64,000 bases of DNA, from NCBI GenBank assembly GCA_013239625.1, contig MU053934.1, positions 1,853,031 through 1,917,030 of the forward strand, read 5' to 3'. A program made the position numbers and the translations under genes. Below the pieces are notes generated by a model. It did not search any database. It was given only the letters and a program-made list of their open reading frames with translations, and was not told the origin of the DNA. The stretch's first letter is position 1; each line of letters begins with the position of its first letter. Of the stretch, positions 36,791 to 50,618 are shown piece after piece. The stretch comes from Lama guanicoe (taxonomy: Eukaryota).

Positions 36791-39700
36791 TCTATACCCT
36801 TTATACTCTTACCTAAGGTTCTCAGTGCCCTAAGTTCTGCTATGTTAATAATTTAAATACACCAGTGTTACAGTCATGATTTACCAGCTGTCTTTTGAAA
36901 ATTGAGAGATGGTGTGCTAATCAGGTGTATTGGCTGTGGTTAAAACTTCTACAGTGTGACAAAATCTTATCATCTGCCTTGACATCCATTTGTCATCAAG
37001 GACACAGAAGCCGAATAACTGTCACCTTTTTAGTCTGGCCTCAGACTGCAATAAATAACAAGCAATAGGATGAGCACTGTAAAAATATTTTTAAATTTGT
37101 ATAATCTTTGAGTTTTTCCATCTCAGAAGAATGAGAAAGAAAATTTACCATGTAACTTTTAAGGGAGAAATCAAAAGCAGACGGTTCTCCTGGGTATGGC
37201 CAGAACACAGAAATTAAAAAATAAATAAAAGAAAAATAAAACCAAAACCCATAAAATGGTAACAAAAGAAAATAAACTAAACCCTTTGGAAATACAAGTA
37301 CTGTTAATTCAGTTTTAAGCATAATAAAAAACATTTTATTTTAGCATTAGCCCCATCGAATTTTACTGAAAATCACAAAGGCTTACTTTGTACAATTTCA
37401 GAGACAGTGTTTGGACCATATTTGGAAAGACATAAACAATTTCCCATTGCATAAAATCAAAATCCAGGGAAATAGGAGAGAAATTACAGCATATCGTTTG
37501 TGCCTGAGGAATGAGAGTAGAGGTTTTATCTTCCCTAACTCCAACCTAAACTCAAGCCTAACCCAAACCCAGATTCCTATCATTCTGGAAGTCCACCTGA
37601 GAAAAGTAATGAGAAGACATTGACTAAAAGTCAGCTAGAAGTCTCAGTAATTGTTGCTGTGCTCTATTTTGTAGTCCATCCGTGGACTTAATGATTAACA
37701 CTGTCTGAAGAGGTGAAAGAGCTCCTCCACCTTCAGTATTTACAACACATGTTCCTTCAAAAGCTACAACTATATATATAATTCTTTTTCATATAGGTTA
37801 TTACAAGCTATTGAATATAGCTCCCTGTGCTATACAGTAGGACCTTGTTATTTCATCATATATCTTAACTGAACATTTTCAAAAGGATAGTCTATCTTTG
37901 CTTCAGTTAATCACAGAAAATTAAATACAACTGACTTTATGTTTTTACAAAGGAGTAAGCATTAAAAAGATTTTCAAAACTCATAGGAACTAATTTAAGT
38001 ATATGTGCATGTACGTATATGCATATAAATGATATAAATTCATTCTATAAAACCCAAATTCAAAATATGAAGGTCAAAGAAGAAAAAAGGAAAACAGTCA
38101 ACAACAAAGAAATAACTACTTCCTGGAGCACAGAAATTCCACTCTTCAGGTAGGTGAACAGGCAGAGCGCTGGCAGGCAGGGAGGGAGTAGGCAGGGCAG
38201 CAAAACAGTGTTCATGTATTTTTTAAGTGGGTATATTATATATTCTCAAACTCGGCCAACAGTCTCATACAACATAAGACAGAGTAATAAACAGTTGCTT
38301 TTTGTTTTCCAGTCATTTGGATAAATACTATTTTACATGTAAGTATTACTTATCTCTAAAAAGTTGTCAGTTTTTCCATTACTGCTTAAAAAAATTCAAT
38401 AAAGTTAATTTCTGTACAGAAAAGCACTCTGTTAAAAGACTGAGCAATTCTTAACTAGACAACAGGACCACATAAGTCTCCTTTTCTCTGGTTCCTATCA
38501 AGACATGTAATTTTATAGTGAATCCCAAACACAAAAGAAATGAGAAACTAAACTTAATTTACAAAAAGAAAAGTACTCATTAATTTTTCTTAGGTGGATC
38601 CCAGAAGAGGCATCTAGGTTTTGACTCCAAAATAAATCTCTATTAATAAGCCCATTCTGGCAAAGAACTTTAGGTAACAGTTAAGAAGGGCAAAGGACAA
38701 AGACAGGTTTTTTATCAGTTCTGGAAAGCAGATCCAAGGCAATTCTGAATTCTGTGCTTTGTTTTAAAAACATTTCCCAATGAGTACATAGTCTGTCTAC
38801 CCTTAAGCAGCCCAAAGAAAAAGGGGCAGTGAGGACACAGCATCAAACTGAGAGAAGCAGCGTGTACATTTAGGTTCCCCAAAGGGAAAGGGAAGACTTG
38901 TGTCATTTTAAAATGAAAATTACAGGGGAGAAGCAATTGAATCAGGTAAATTAAAAAATTTCAGTAGTGGGCAAACTCTTGAAGTCAGTGAAAGAAGCCT
39001 TAGAAAGATCAATTTCCTTTGCTTCGCAAGAATTCAAATTATTTTCTTGGTAAGGAGCAAGTCCTCAATGCCTGATAGAACTCTCTTGGGCTTCTGGTTG
39101 TTAGAGTCTAGCTAAGAATATTTAAAGTGCATACGCTTAAAACCAAAACCATTTAAACTACTAGTTCAGATAAACAGTGTGGTCAATAATCTTCGTATAT
39201 TTATTTCACATCCATGTGCTTCTCATCTCTAAACCATCGTCATTTTTCCACCTTGTATCACAAAAAATAAAAGCAAACTACACAAAAAGGAATAGAAATC
39301 CACTGTAAGGAAATTACAAGTATAAATAGTTTTACTGGTTATAGTTTGAAGAGACCTCACTTTAAAAATACTTACCAAGTTAAGTGCTGGAGAAAGTTCT
39401 GTATAGGCATATTAATCTTTTTTTTGTTGTTGTTTTAACTGAAAACTGGAAACTTACAGTATAATTACCTCTTTAACAATTAATAAATAATTATTATAGT
39501 CAGAATTAAACACTTTTAGTGTTGATGCATTCTATAAAGGAAGGGAATAATAATCAGGAGCATCAGAAAAGTACATACATTTTCATTAGTTGAGATGGGG
39601 GCAGAAGACCTGTATAACTCTGTAGATGTATTAGTAACTCCCAAAGTATGGTGAATTTGGAGTAGGAAACTGAAGAGAGGTACATATTAACTCATTTATT

Positions 39701-39803
39701 TGCTTTATTTAGCTTTTCTCAAATTATATCCTTAGAGATTTCATCATAGCCAAGGGCTAAGTTCAGTAGAGATGACCAAAAATTCAATTTAAATTTAATT
39801 CAA

Positions 39804-39936
39804 GGAGAGGGCAGAGCTCACTGGTAGAGTGCAAGCACAGCATGCACAAGGTCCTGGGTTCAATCCCCAGTATCTCCATTAAAATAAACAGACAAACAAA
39901 CCAACTTAATTACCCTCCTCCTCAAAAAAAAAAAAA
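39804..39936 (+). mobile_element. tRNA-Ala-derived SINE (camelid Vic-1-like)
   Basis: A box (agctcactggtaga), B box (ggttcaatccc), A-rich tail; similar to three other copies in the window. Confidence 0.85.
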
Positions 39937-40911
39937 TCAAAAATTGGTCTAACCTAAAAAAGCAGTTAGAACCAAACATAAGAAATCAAATATTTTACAG
40001 GCTTGGCCACAGTAGCTGTGTCTGTGGAGTGAGTATATTTCATTTGTTGAAGAGGAAGAAAACTCTCCAATAAAACTTTCTGAAATTCAGTTCATCAAAT
40101 ATTTTTTCACAACACCACTGTTAAGACTTTACCATTCCCTTATTCCTAAAGACACTGCTGCTTATTTTAGTGCATAAAAAATCTAAATCATATAGATCAG
40201 GAATTTTAAATAGCAAATTATTAGGGGAAAATAAGTTTTAATTAAAACTTCAGTTCTTACACAGAACTCAATTTAGAAGATAGAAGAAAATATATGTCAA
40301 ATTGTACACCGTTACTATGTTCATTCTTAGGCAAAAAACCCCAACTCACTATTTGTAATTGAAGTGACTCAGTCCTGAAGCTCACTTATCTGGGTTTAAT
40401 CTAAAGAAGGAACCCCACAGCGAATATCTAAGTCACTACTTCCTGTATTGAAGCCTTGTCAAAATTAGAGCAAGTCAACTGAATAACTGAAATATTAAAT
40501 TTGTTCTAAGTATGTCATTTTGAAGTTCGATTTTTAAAAGTTGAATTGTTCTGACAGAATTCAGACTAGAATTCTCATAGAAATTCACTGATTTTCAGTC
40601 TTCTCTCTCCTTCCTTTAAAATAAGCTTAGGCCAAATTTAAATCTGAGGAAGGACTGGTGTCTCCTACATTCTCTCTTTCTTACTGCCATGCTCTCCCCT
40701 CAAACCTCTCTTGTTTCTACCCCATCACTCTCCCAATTTAAGATTTAGGAAAAAGTGTAGCCATGTGGTAGCTTATTTTTTAGAGAAAACCTAGTTAGAT
40801 CGGATATTTTTTGCAGGCTTCAAAATCAGCTTATTTGCGGACTTCTTACTCTTTAAAATAAAACAAAACTGAAAAGAAACCAAGCACACTTAATACTGAA
40901 ATGGAGCTTAC

Positions 40912-40965
40912 CTTAGAGCCACGTTCATTAAAGATTATTTCTACATCTAGGATTTTGCCGAACTG
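40912..40965 (-). CDS. RBFOX2: RBFOX2 coding exon, 54 nt, QFGKILDVEIIFNERGSK
   Basis: Acceptor gcag|CAG, donor AAG|gtaagc, phase 0-0, RRM middle. Confidence 0.97.
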
Positions 40966-41373
40966 CTGCAGAGACAAAAATAAAAACATATTCACGGTCA
41001 GCTTTTTGTCCACATATTTTACTTTCTTTTGAAAAAGGAATAGGCGGGTTTTTTTTTTTCTTTAAACTATTTATTTAACTTCCATGTTTCTATTGGCTGA
41101 TAGGTCACGGTACCAGTTGCTGATTTTTCCTCATCATTAAGTTGATAATTTCTCCCTTTTAAATTCACTCACTCATGCATTACCCATCTCTAAATAGTGG
41201 AAGCTGTGTTCAGAAGATACGGTATTACCCTATTACTTGCTTCTTCACATGGACAACTGGGGATTTTCCTAACTACATCTCTAACTTTTGAAATGTCTGT
41301 TTTAAGAAGTAAATCCTAAGTAGAAAGATACACTATTGAAGGCTGTTTATGAAAAGGAAAAGAGGAAACAGAA

Positions 41374-41393
41374 AATGAAGATCACCTGCAATG

Positions 41394-41441
<48 letters not shown>

Positions 41442-41651
41442 TGANNNNNNNNNNNNNNNNNNNNNNNNNNNNNNNNNNNNNNNNNNNNNNNNNNNNNNNN
41501 NNNNNNNNNNNNNNNNNNNNNNNNNNNNNNTGTGTGTGTGTGTGTGTGATGAAGATCACCTGGGGGTGTGTGTGTGTGTGTGTGTGTGTGTGATGAAGAT
41601 CACCTGCAATGGGGTGTGTGTGTGTGTGTGTGTGTGTGATGAAGATCACCT

Positions 41652-41689
<38 letters not shown>

Positions 41690-41864
41690 TGAAGATCACC
41701 TGGGGGTGTGTGTGTGTGTGTGTGTGTGATGNNNNNNNNNNNNNNNNNNNNNNNNNNNNNNNNNNNNNNNNNNNNNNNNNNNNNNNNNNNNNNNNNNNNN
41801 NNNNNNNNNNNNNNNNNNNNNNNNNNNNNNNNNNNNNNNNNNNNNNNNNNNNNNNNNNNNNGGG

Positions 41865-41907
<43 letters not shown>
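41374..41907. repeat. Compound minisatellite: atgaagatcacctg(caat)ggg plus (GT)n units, with two assembly gaps
   Basis: Five complete visible unit heads plus partial ones at gap edges; N runs 41445-41530 and 41732-41861. Confidence 0.9.
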
Positions 41908-41911
<4 letters not shown>

Positions 41912-42299
41912 TACGTACGTGCAACTACAGACACCTGAAACTTTCCTTTGAGTACTGAACTCATAGACCTAATTATCTATTTCACTTGGATTTCAAACCA
42001 GACTTTGGGAAATTAAAAAAAAAACAAAAAAATGAAAAGAGCAAAACAGAAATATGCTCTTTTATTGGGGTGAATGATTGCTATCTTTAACAAAACAACA
42101 TGTATTAAGAGGCCAGGGTTCCTAGAGTAAGACTTCTGGGCTTGATTCTAGTTTCATCATTTAGTAGAAAATTAGAAAAATCAAGGGAAGAGGAAAATGT
42201 CTTATTTTAGGAAGGAATGCATTTTGTTTTATTTCTTTGTCTACTCAAAAAAACTGAGATTTGTATGGTGTTTCAGAGTTTGTTTTCTTTTATATTTTC

Positions 42300-42455
42300 T
42301 AATTCATCCTTATAACATCCTTCCAGAGTTAAGAAGTGCCCTCCTTTAACAGTTGAGGAAAATGAGGCCAAAAGAAGGTACTCATCAAGTTTGCAGAACT
42401 AATAAAACAGAAATAAAACACAGCATGGAATCTCTGCTCTTTAACAACGCTACTG
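42300..42455 (-). mobile_element. MIR SINE remnant
   Basis: ttaacagttgaggaaaatgaggcc core-like string. Confidence 0.5.
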
Positions 42456-42536
42456 TCCTTCTAAGCACTCGTAGGTACAAACCCCGTGGAAGAAGGCAGC
42501 AACCAGGTATCCCTTACAAGGAAATTATTAATATTG

Positions 42537-42576
42537 CTACTACTACTACCACCACCACTACTACCACCACCACCAC
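42537..42576. repeat. (CTA/CCA)n trinucleotide tract
   Basis: Direct reading. Confidence 0.9.
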
Positions 42577-43685
42577 ACCTGGTGTCTTATGAGAAGGGCA
42601 TAGTACATTTCAAGAAATCACTGTCAACCGGCCTGGGCAGAACTTCGGTGGACACAATTTTTCTGACTCAAGAGAAAACACACTTCCGACCGATGAGAAT
42701 GTACTCCAGTTTCACAGACCTCCAGAGATTAAGGTTCCATATTATCTCTGACAATTCAGTAGAGAACCTAATAACTCATACTCCTGGGAAGTTTCTTCCT
42801 AAACATAACCTAAATTTTTTATGCTGTCCTTCATATTTTCTGTTGCTCTTGTTTCTGCAGAGATGGAGAATAGCTGGCTACCATTTTCTATTGAAAAGCT
42901 CCTCTAGTTCATCAGAACATCATTAAGTCTCAACCCTGGCCTTGCCTTCAGTATAGAAAACACACCCAGGAAGTCAGCTGTAAGTGACAGAACTTTGCTT
43001 CAGGGTCTTGTCACCATGAAGTAGCCACGACCAAGACTTAAAGAAGGGCATTGTTTTTCTGACAAGCACTAGGCAGCTATACAAAAATACATTAAAAAAA
43101 AAAAAGATCCCTTACTCCTAGTTGAAGATAAACATTTGATCAAATTAAAACAGGCAACAACACATTAGCCCAGAAAAAAATTAAGATTCTCAGCAGTCAT
43201 TTACTTCTTTACTTTAAGAAGTAATTTACTTCTTAAATCTTTGCTATTGTACTTTGTTTTCATGACAGTGATTTTGGGAGGAAGTAAACAGCTAGAAGAA
43301 GACATGAGGTAGCAAACTAACCCCCTATACCTGATTTTAGGTCACAGACATTACTTCATTTAATTCATAACCCTTTGAAGGGCAGGGATTACTATCTTTT
43401 CCTGATTTTAGCATGGAAAGTCACATGTCCTAAGAAACCCCACAGTCCCAGGCAAGCTGGGCTGCACAGTCACTTTATTATGTATGTGAAAACTTGCAAG
43501 GCTAATGTCTAGAATAGACCAGGTGATGAGAAAGTTTCTAAAGGCTGATGAAAATGTTGATTTACCTCAGGATCTTTCTCAGTGTATCTGTGGTTATGTC
43601 CTAAAGTACTAATGACTAATGATACATCTGGTGGATTAAATTATATTTTAATTGTAAAAACCATAAAAGGACTTCAGAAACTTAC

Positions 43686-43832
43686 CCCAAACATCTGCCG
43701 GAGGTCAGGGTCCCGGAAGCGGAAAGGAATATTAGAGACATGCAGTCGTTTAGGGGTGGATTTACTCTCGGAATTTTCACTACTTTGTGTCTGTGACTGC
43801 TGGCCATCTGTCTGTGCGCCCCCTTCTGTCTG
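43686..43832 (-). CDS. RBFOX2: RBFOX2 coding exon, 147 nt (144 with distal NAGNAG), QTEGGAQ...[28 protein letters not shown]2
   Basis: Acceptor ttag|CAG|ACA, donor GGG|gtaagt, phase 0-0. Confidence 0.97.
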
Positions 43833-46800
43833 CTAAGCAAAGAGAGGAACAACATTAAGCGAAAAAGAAATAGTTATTTCACAAGAATTAAGTAAAATAA
43901 TTATAGTCCTCCCTCTCCCCAGTCGTTCTCAGTGTGTCTTTAAGCAAAAATTACAGTTGTCCCTTCAAAGAGAAAAAAACTAAAGCTGTTATCTATGTTC
44001 AAAATGCTATAGCTCACAAAAAAACTAAGGTTTTTTTAATATTTATACTACATTAGTAAAATGAAAGATCCTAGAAACACTAAGTAACTTGCTCAAGATC
44101 ACACAGAGATATTATGATAACTGAAGATATAAAAATAGTACATTATTCTTAGATTCTTATAGATGCTTTCTATTTTTGAGATCTTCCTATTTTGAAAATA
44201 AAATCAGTTGTTTTTAGTTGTGGAGATAATAGCATTTCTGGTCCATCATTTCAGGAAATAAAGGAATTTTTTATAGTCCATTCTATTAGTTCCAGAGTTT
44301 ATGACTACTGCGTTACCAAAATACTATAATATTATTTATGAAAAGGGGATACCTAGCGACAATGGGAATTTTGCTTAAAAAATGGAAGAAGCTTCTTACT
44401 CTGAAACCAATCTGTACTCTCTTCCCTAATTTATGCAATTCCTGCTACTTTAGTAGAGGGAACCCATCCTTCTACAGCCCAGAGCAAAGGTGCATTTAGA
44501 AAATCAGTTGGGAAAGGCTTGAGGAGACTAAATTACTACACACACATATATCCTAGATTTGTATATATCCATAGTGACAGAGTGTTAGGGGATGTGGGTG
44601 TACATTTTAAATCATGAATCTCTCTTGCAACATGCCAGGCATGTGTTAATCTAACTGTTTTTCAATAAATCTTCAAAAAATTGTATGTTGAGCAATACTT
44701 TTGACAAATATCTAACCGGTATGATACATTGTAGGCATTCAAAAAACATTTACTTTTAAGTATCAGACAATTTTAGAACCTTATGTTTTTCACTATTCTC
44801 TATGAAGCACATGCCAAATCCGATGGTCTGCTGAGATGATTAAACCAACATACTTTTGAACTGGAGCTTGCCGTTCTTATTATCGCAACTGAGTTAGAAC
44901 CAAGTCCCTCTACCAGGTTCCTCTGCGTGACACAGAATGGATCCTCCCACTTTGACCCAATGTTCAGCTAAAAAGAGGTACTTTTGGCTCAGAGATGTTT
45001 GCAACCATCTTGAAATGAAGTTCGAGACTTTTAAAATATGCAGGATAATCAGGAATAAACTCTAAATACAAGGCTTTTCAAGTGTCAATCTAACTGATGG
45101 CAGCTCTTCTCTCACTCCATTCAGGTCTTGCAGATGGCTTAAATGTACAATGATTCGTATGAAACAAAAACAGCAGAAAAGGGAAGAGCTACGAAGCAAT
45201 GTTCTGTGAAAGTGCAAGGTTTTCAATCATCAATCTGGACACAATGCAAATGCAGACTAAACAAAACAAATTCCACTCAAAGATGAAACTCACTAAGTTA
45301 CTGAAACAGCATCATGGACACCAAAGTAACAGCATAAGCATCAATTACAACTAATGCTCATTCAAGCATCTTCCAACTTGCTCCTTCCATCTCACAGCTG
45401 GATCACATAAAACCCTTTCTTTAATCAGACTCTGAAACCACCAGCTCTGATCTGCAGGATGACAGTGTATCACAATAAGAAAAGTTTTAAAGACCAATTC
45501 TGGCTTCAAACCTGTATGTAACTTATATATGTAGTCCATGTAATCTGTAAAAGGGTATGTGAGGTGGCAGGATCAATGAAAACCAATAATTACTTCAAGG
45601 TATGTTGCCTAAGGTACTTATTTGCTGCTCCTGAGATTTTTTTTACAGCCCTACAGTTACAATTTAGAAGCTGGATTGGCTAATTTTCCAGCCTTGTGAT
45701 GAAACCTACATTTTTTAAAAGTATGAAATCTTTAATTCTAGGGAGACCAAGCAAGTGGAAAAAGTGAACCATTATTTCCAAAATTTTTAAGCCTTCTGAT
45801 TTTAAATAATTTTTTAAATTGCAGTTTAACATACACAGATACAAAAGCATAAATCATATAGGCATACAGTGGGATGAATTTTCACAAAGAAAATACACTC
45901 ATGTAACCATCAAATTAGATCAAACAACAGACCTCCAGGCGCAACTTTGGGCCCCACGCTAGTCACCATCCCTTTGACAATCTTCCACGTATAGGTTTCC
46001 ACTGGGTATCTAGTAATCCTTGGTTGCCTTTTTTCAGAATTAAGTATTGAGGAGGGAAGGGTCACTAAAAAACTGATTGGAAGTTCTGAGTGGATGGGGT
46101 GGAGGGGCTTGATGACTTTGTGATTCATTCTAAGTTCAGTTAAGTAAGCAACTTCTTGGGGAAACCCCTGACTTGTACATCTTTGTCTTTCCTCTTGAGT
46201 TAGGTTCTCCAGAAAAGTTTTCCAAATCTTTTAACTGGAGACATCAGTTTCTGAAACTCAATTTTTTGTGGTGTAAACTGAATTATTTCTCAACTTTATC
46301 CCATCACTGGCTTAGGGATAAGCTCATCTGGGTCTGCTAAGTTAGTTACTAATCGGCCATCTGCTTTCTAGTTTCCAAAACATTCTCTTGTTCTTATTGC
46401 TTTATATTCCTAAAAACACACAGACACATCAGTTTTGGAGGAAGCAAAATTAGATGGGTGTATTCAAAAGTAACCTGAAATTAGTAATTAAGGGTTTAAT
46501 AAGACCTTATAATACTATATATACATATTTTAAAGAAGACAGCAAAATAGGGCAATGCAGCCTATATTTGGTTTGAGCTGACTTGTATAAAATATTTTGG
46601 GAAATACGGTTTGCTGTCAAAAACAACCTTAGTATCTTAAGAAGGACATGCCTGAATTACAGCACTTCTTCGATGTACATATGAAAGGCTGAGGTAGAAC
46701 AAGCAGAGACCTCGATAATGAGACATGGTTTCTGCTAACAGCAAATCTATAAATACAAGTTTTTTTTTCCTCCTTCTCTATTCTTTAAAGCCTAGAACTA

Positions 46801-47748
46801 CTTCAGACACAAGTTTGAGGGTGATTAAAATATTTTGTGATAAGGAGACATAACAACTAACTGCAATGTGGGATCCTGGATTGGATTCAGAACAGAAAAC
46901 TGGTGACTGGACAAGGTCTGTATTTTACATAACATACAGCACCAACACTTCTTTCTGCCTGGTTTTGAAAACTGTACTATACGTAAGATGTTTACACTAA
47001 AAGTTAGGTGAAGGGTATGTAAAAACTTTCTGTACTAGTTTTGCAACTTTACTGTAAGTCTAAAATTAGTTCGAAATAAAGTTTTTAAAAAAGAAAAGAA
47101 GTATTTTGGGATGTCAGATTCTAAACCCTATAGAATATTAAAACACAAGAATGTGGAGGTAGTTTAATGACTAAATACAGTCACAACTATAGACAAATAC
47201 TTATGTTTGTATTCAAAATGTGGGTTGGACCACTTATGAAAATCAGAAATGGGCTGAAAAGTCCAATCATTTCAGATTATTGGCATAGTGAAGGAAAAAC
47301 CTCCACTTAATCTAATATTACTATTACCTGGTCCCAAATTAGAAACAGTTTAACTTGTAAATCTCTTCTACTTACAAAAGGTCAGTCACACAAAGCTTCA
47401 TCTCCTGTAGCATTTTCCCTGATGAGCTTATTGTTCTATGAACAGAAGTATAAATGATTGCTTGTTGGGTTCAATTTCTTTTGGATGGGGATTGGTCTTC
47501 AGTCACAGTTTAAGTGAATCCTCTTTATAGGGTGAAGTAGATGTTTTCATAATGTCACAATGTCAATCACATATAGTACAAAAGGCATGAATCTGAAAAC
47601 TGCAAAGTGCAAGACCAAACTTACCAAAGCTAGTAGGTATTTCGATTAGTTGCTAAAAGTAGAGTGCCATGTGAATTGACATGTAATTCATTTAGCCTTG
47701 AAATTATGCAATTACTAACAGTTTATTTGGGAAGATTCACATTGGTTC

Positions 47749-48123
47749 TGTTAAAGGAACCAGATTGGGCTCAAGATGGAGTTGCTCATGTTAAGCTCCA
47801 CGTCAGCAAACCAAAAGTTAAGTCTCTGTGTTCGGCTCTCCCAGAAAAGAAAAGTCTAAGTCAACCAAGCAGCACTTGCCTGCTCAGCAGAGGTTACCTG
47901 ACCAGGCTCCAAGACTTCCCGTTGCTCCATATAAGGGAATGCTTTAGCCAATCAGCAAACGCCCAGGATAACTTCCTTGTTCTCAACTCCCTCTCCTATA
48001 AAATCTCTTGCCTTGTACAGTTCTTCAGAGTTCTATCTGCTAGGCTGGATGCTACCTGATTCATGAATCACTGAATAAAACCCATAAAATCTTTGTAATC
48101 TACTCAGTTGAATTTTGTTAACA
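47749..48123 (+). mobile_element. Solo ERV (ERV1-like) LTR, 375 bp
   Basis: TGTTAA...TTAACA termini, near-TSD gttc/gttt, CCAAT 47948, TATAAAA 47997, AATAAA 48074 in LTR order. Confidence 0.8.
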
Positions 48124-48749
48124 GTTTAAAATTTACATGAAAGTGAAAGGTCATTAATTTTTTTATACCATACTATTTCAATTCTGAATGATTCAAATTT
48201 GTATAAAATAAAACTGTGATGTATTTAATACCCAAGAAAATCTAATGGAAAGGTCATTACCCAAAATAGCTTTAAGCACATCTAAAGGATATGTGTGTAT
48301 GTACATGCTTCAAAAATCCATACAGCAATACTTCCCAAAGGGTAGAAATGATAGCTTTGCAGATGTTAACTGGTATTTTGTAGAAAATGAGTTTCACGGT
48401 CAAATAAATTTGGGAAATACTGGACTAAACAAAGTTAACAGGTTTCTTGTGAATTCCAGTAAGGGAAAACTCACCTATCTCCCTAAACATATATTATACA
48501 TATCATTCATTCATTCATTTCGTACAGCAGGCTCTAAAATTCACTTTGAAAAATACTGCTTTTATCAGAATGGCTCTTAGAGCACTAGCTCCCAAGGGTA
48601 TAAGGGGGAAAAAAATGGCAAAAGAGCAAAAATATATGAGAAAAAAAAGAGAAAAGAGATGTAACTAGATGGCCTGTTAATTTGTATTATTTTAAGTGAA
48701 GAACTGCCTATAACACTTTCTTTGAAATGAAATAATTATATACTAATAG

Positions 48750-48990
48750 AATTATAGCTAATATTTATTGAACATTTACTATGTGCCAGACATTATACTA
48801 AATACTTGCTATTCATTCTCTCCTTTAATCCTAAAAACAACCCTATGCGGTAGGAACTGGTATCATCATTTTTACAGGTGAGGAAAATGAGCATTAGTTA
48901 TAATTCTCTCATGGTTACACATTTAACAAATGGAAGTAGTTGGGAGCTAAACCTAACTCAATCTGGTTTCCACAGCTCAAGCTCCCTAAC
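48750..48990 (-). mobile_element. MIR SINE remnant
   Basis: atttattgaacatttactatgtgccag...aaccctatgcggtagg...ttttacaggtgaggaaaatgag MIR core. Confidence 0.75.
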
Positions 48991-50450
48991 CTCAATACTT
49001 TATAATAAATAACAGTTTTTTTTTAAAGCAGCTTTTCTTTTTCTTTAACTCAGTTTCTCCTGGTAATAGTTTAGAAAGTAGGTTGGGATACTTTAGTCAT
49101 TTTACAGTGCCTTAAAAAAATTAGGTATGACGATCCATGTTGATCCATCAACTAGATTTGTTAGCATTTAAAATTTAAAGCATTAAAAAATGTTTATAAT
49201 GAAGTATACAAAGAGTTAAAACTCGTGAAATTGGATCTTATGAATTCCTTCTTAAAGAGTAAAAAATCTAAGATGATAGAGTATCTTTCTAAAGAGTGAA
49301 ATCTTGGCTTTAATGCTTATCTACCAAAAATCAGTAAGTGCTAAATAACATACTAAAGTATTTTTTCATAGTGCTAAAATAACATACTAAGAATACCTGT
49401 CCATTTAAATCATTTTATCCAAAGCTACCAGCAAACACAATTTTGAGGGCATAAAAAATTGAACTTTTATCTATGCGGAGCAATTCTTTTCTTGAGGAAA
49501 AGTACCTTTAGCTTTAGTTATTTTAAAGAGAAATGCTTAAGTATTTCTTCTGTGTATTTGAATATTGCTACAAGTCAAATTCTGAGAATCTAGAACTGTT
49601 TGGACATTAAATGTAAGCTAACAATTCCCCAATAAACTAGTAATTTAGTTTTCTTCAGAAAATATCTGGTTCTATTTTCTCAGTGGATTAAAGGGTTATA
49701 AAAAGGAATTACAAAAGGCATCATTTGTATATGTAGTATTGCCATATATCACCCACCCCATGAAATAAAAGCCAGTATCATACTGTTAACAAAAACCACA
49801 GGAAGTCACTTATTTTTCTGAACCAGCAATCAGAATTATGTAAAAATTATATGTAACAGTGAAACACCAGAGAAGATAATCTCAACTTTCACAAAGTTTA
49901 ACTTAACTGAATGATTCTTTAACAATTTTAATGTACATTTCAGAATGAAAGAAATCTGTAAGCATGTTCTAGTTGGAGTTCTTAGGTTTAACACTGAAGA
50001 GTAAGTGGAAGCTAAGAAGATTATCTCCATATATGCCTTTTATTTTTTATGATTTACATGGGGAAGCAGAAAAAAAGCATTTGACTTAAAGCAGATTTCC
50101 TGAGTCCCAGCTCTGTTACCAGCTAGCTGCAACCTTGTTGAAGTCACTTAAAACTGCAGACTTCTGCTATGAAAAGAAGGCATGGGATGATTTCTAAAAT
50201 CCATTTTTAGCTTTAAAATTGAATGATTCTAATCAGAATTTACCAACTTCAAAGGACAGCACAAAATATTTATGGAAAATGTACAACTCTTGTAGACAGG
50301 TTAAGAAAAACCACCATCAAATTAATTAGTCCTTTTATTCTTGTCTTAACACATGGCAGAGCAGCAAGGGCCAGGGGAGTGGAGTATTACTGTTTTCAGC
50401 ACTTTTAAAACGCTAGTCTCTTTTTTGGGGAGAGGGGGTAAAAATAATAA

Positions 50451-50454
<4 letters not shown>

Positions 50455-50496
<42 letters not shown>

Positions 50497-50497
50497 A
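50455..50497. repeat. (TAAA)n microsatellite
   Basis: Direct reading. Confidence 0.95.
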
Positions 50498-50618
50498 GGC
50501 ATGCAAAGGAGAAGCAGCAATAACCATAAGTTAACAACGTTAACAATGTGGTGAAAGGGTGTCTTGAGTTTCACATAAACCAAAAGGCAATTTTCTCTAT
50601 TCAAAAATATGCATGCCT

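Noticed and set aside
41336..41964. CV/HT-repeat ORFs and CRISPR-like repeat-spacer appearance
   Set aside because: Spacers are all (GT)n, ORFs run through N gaps, and the context is a mammalian intron.
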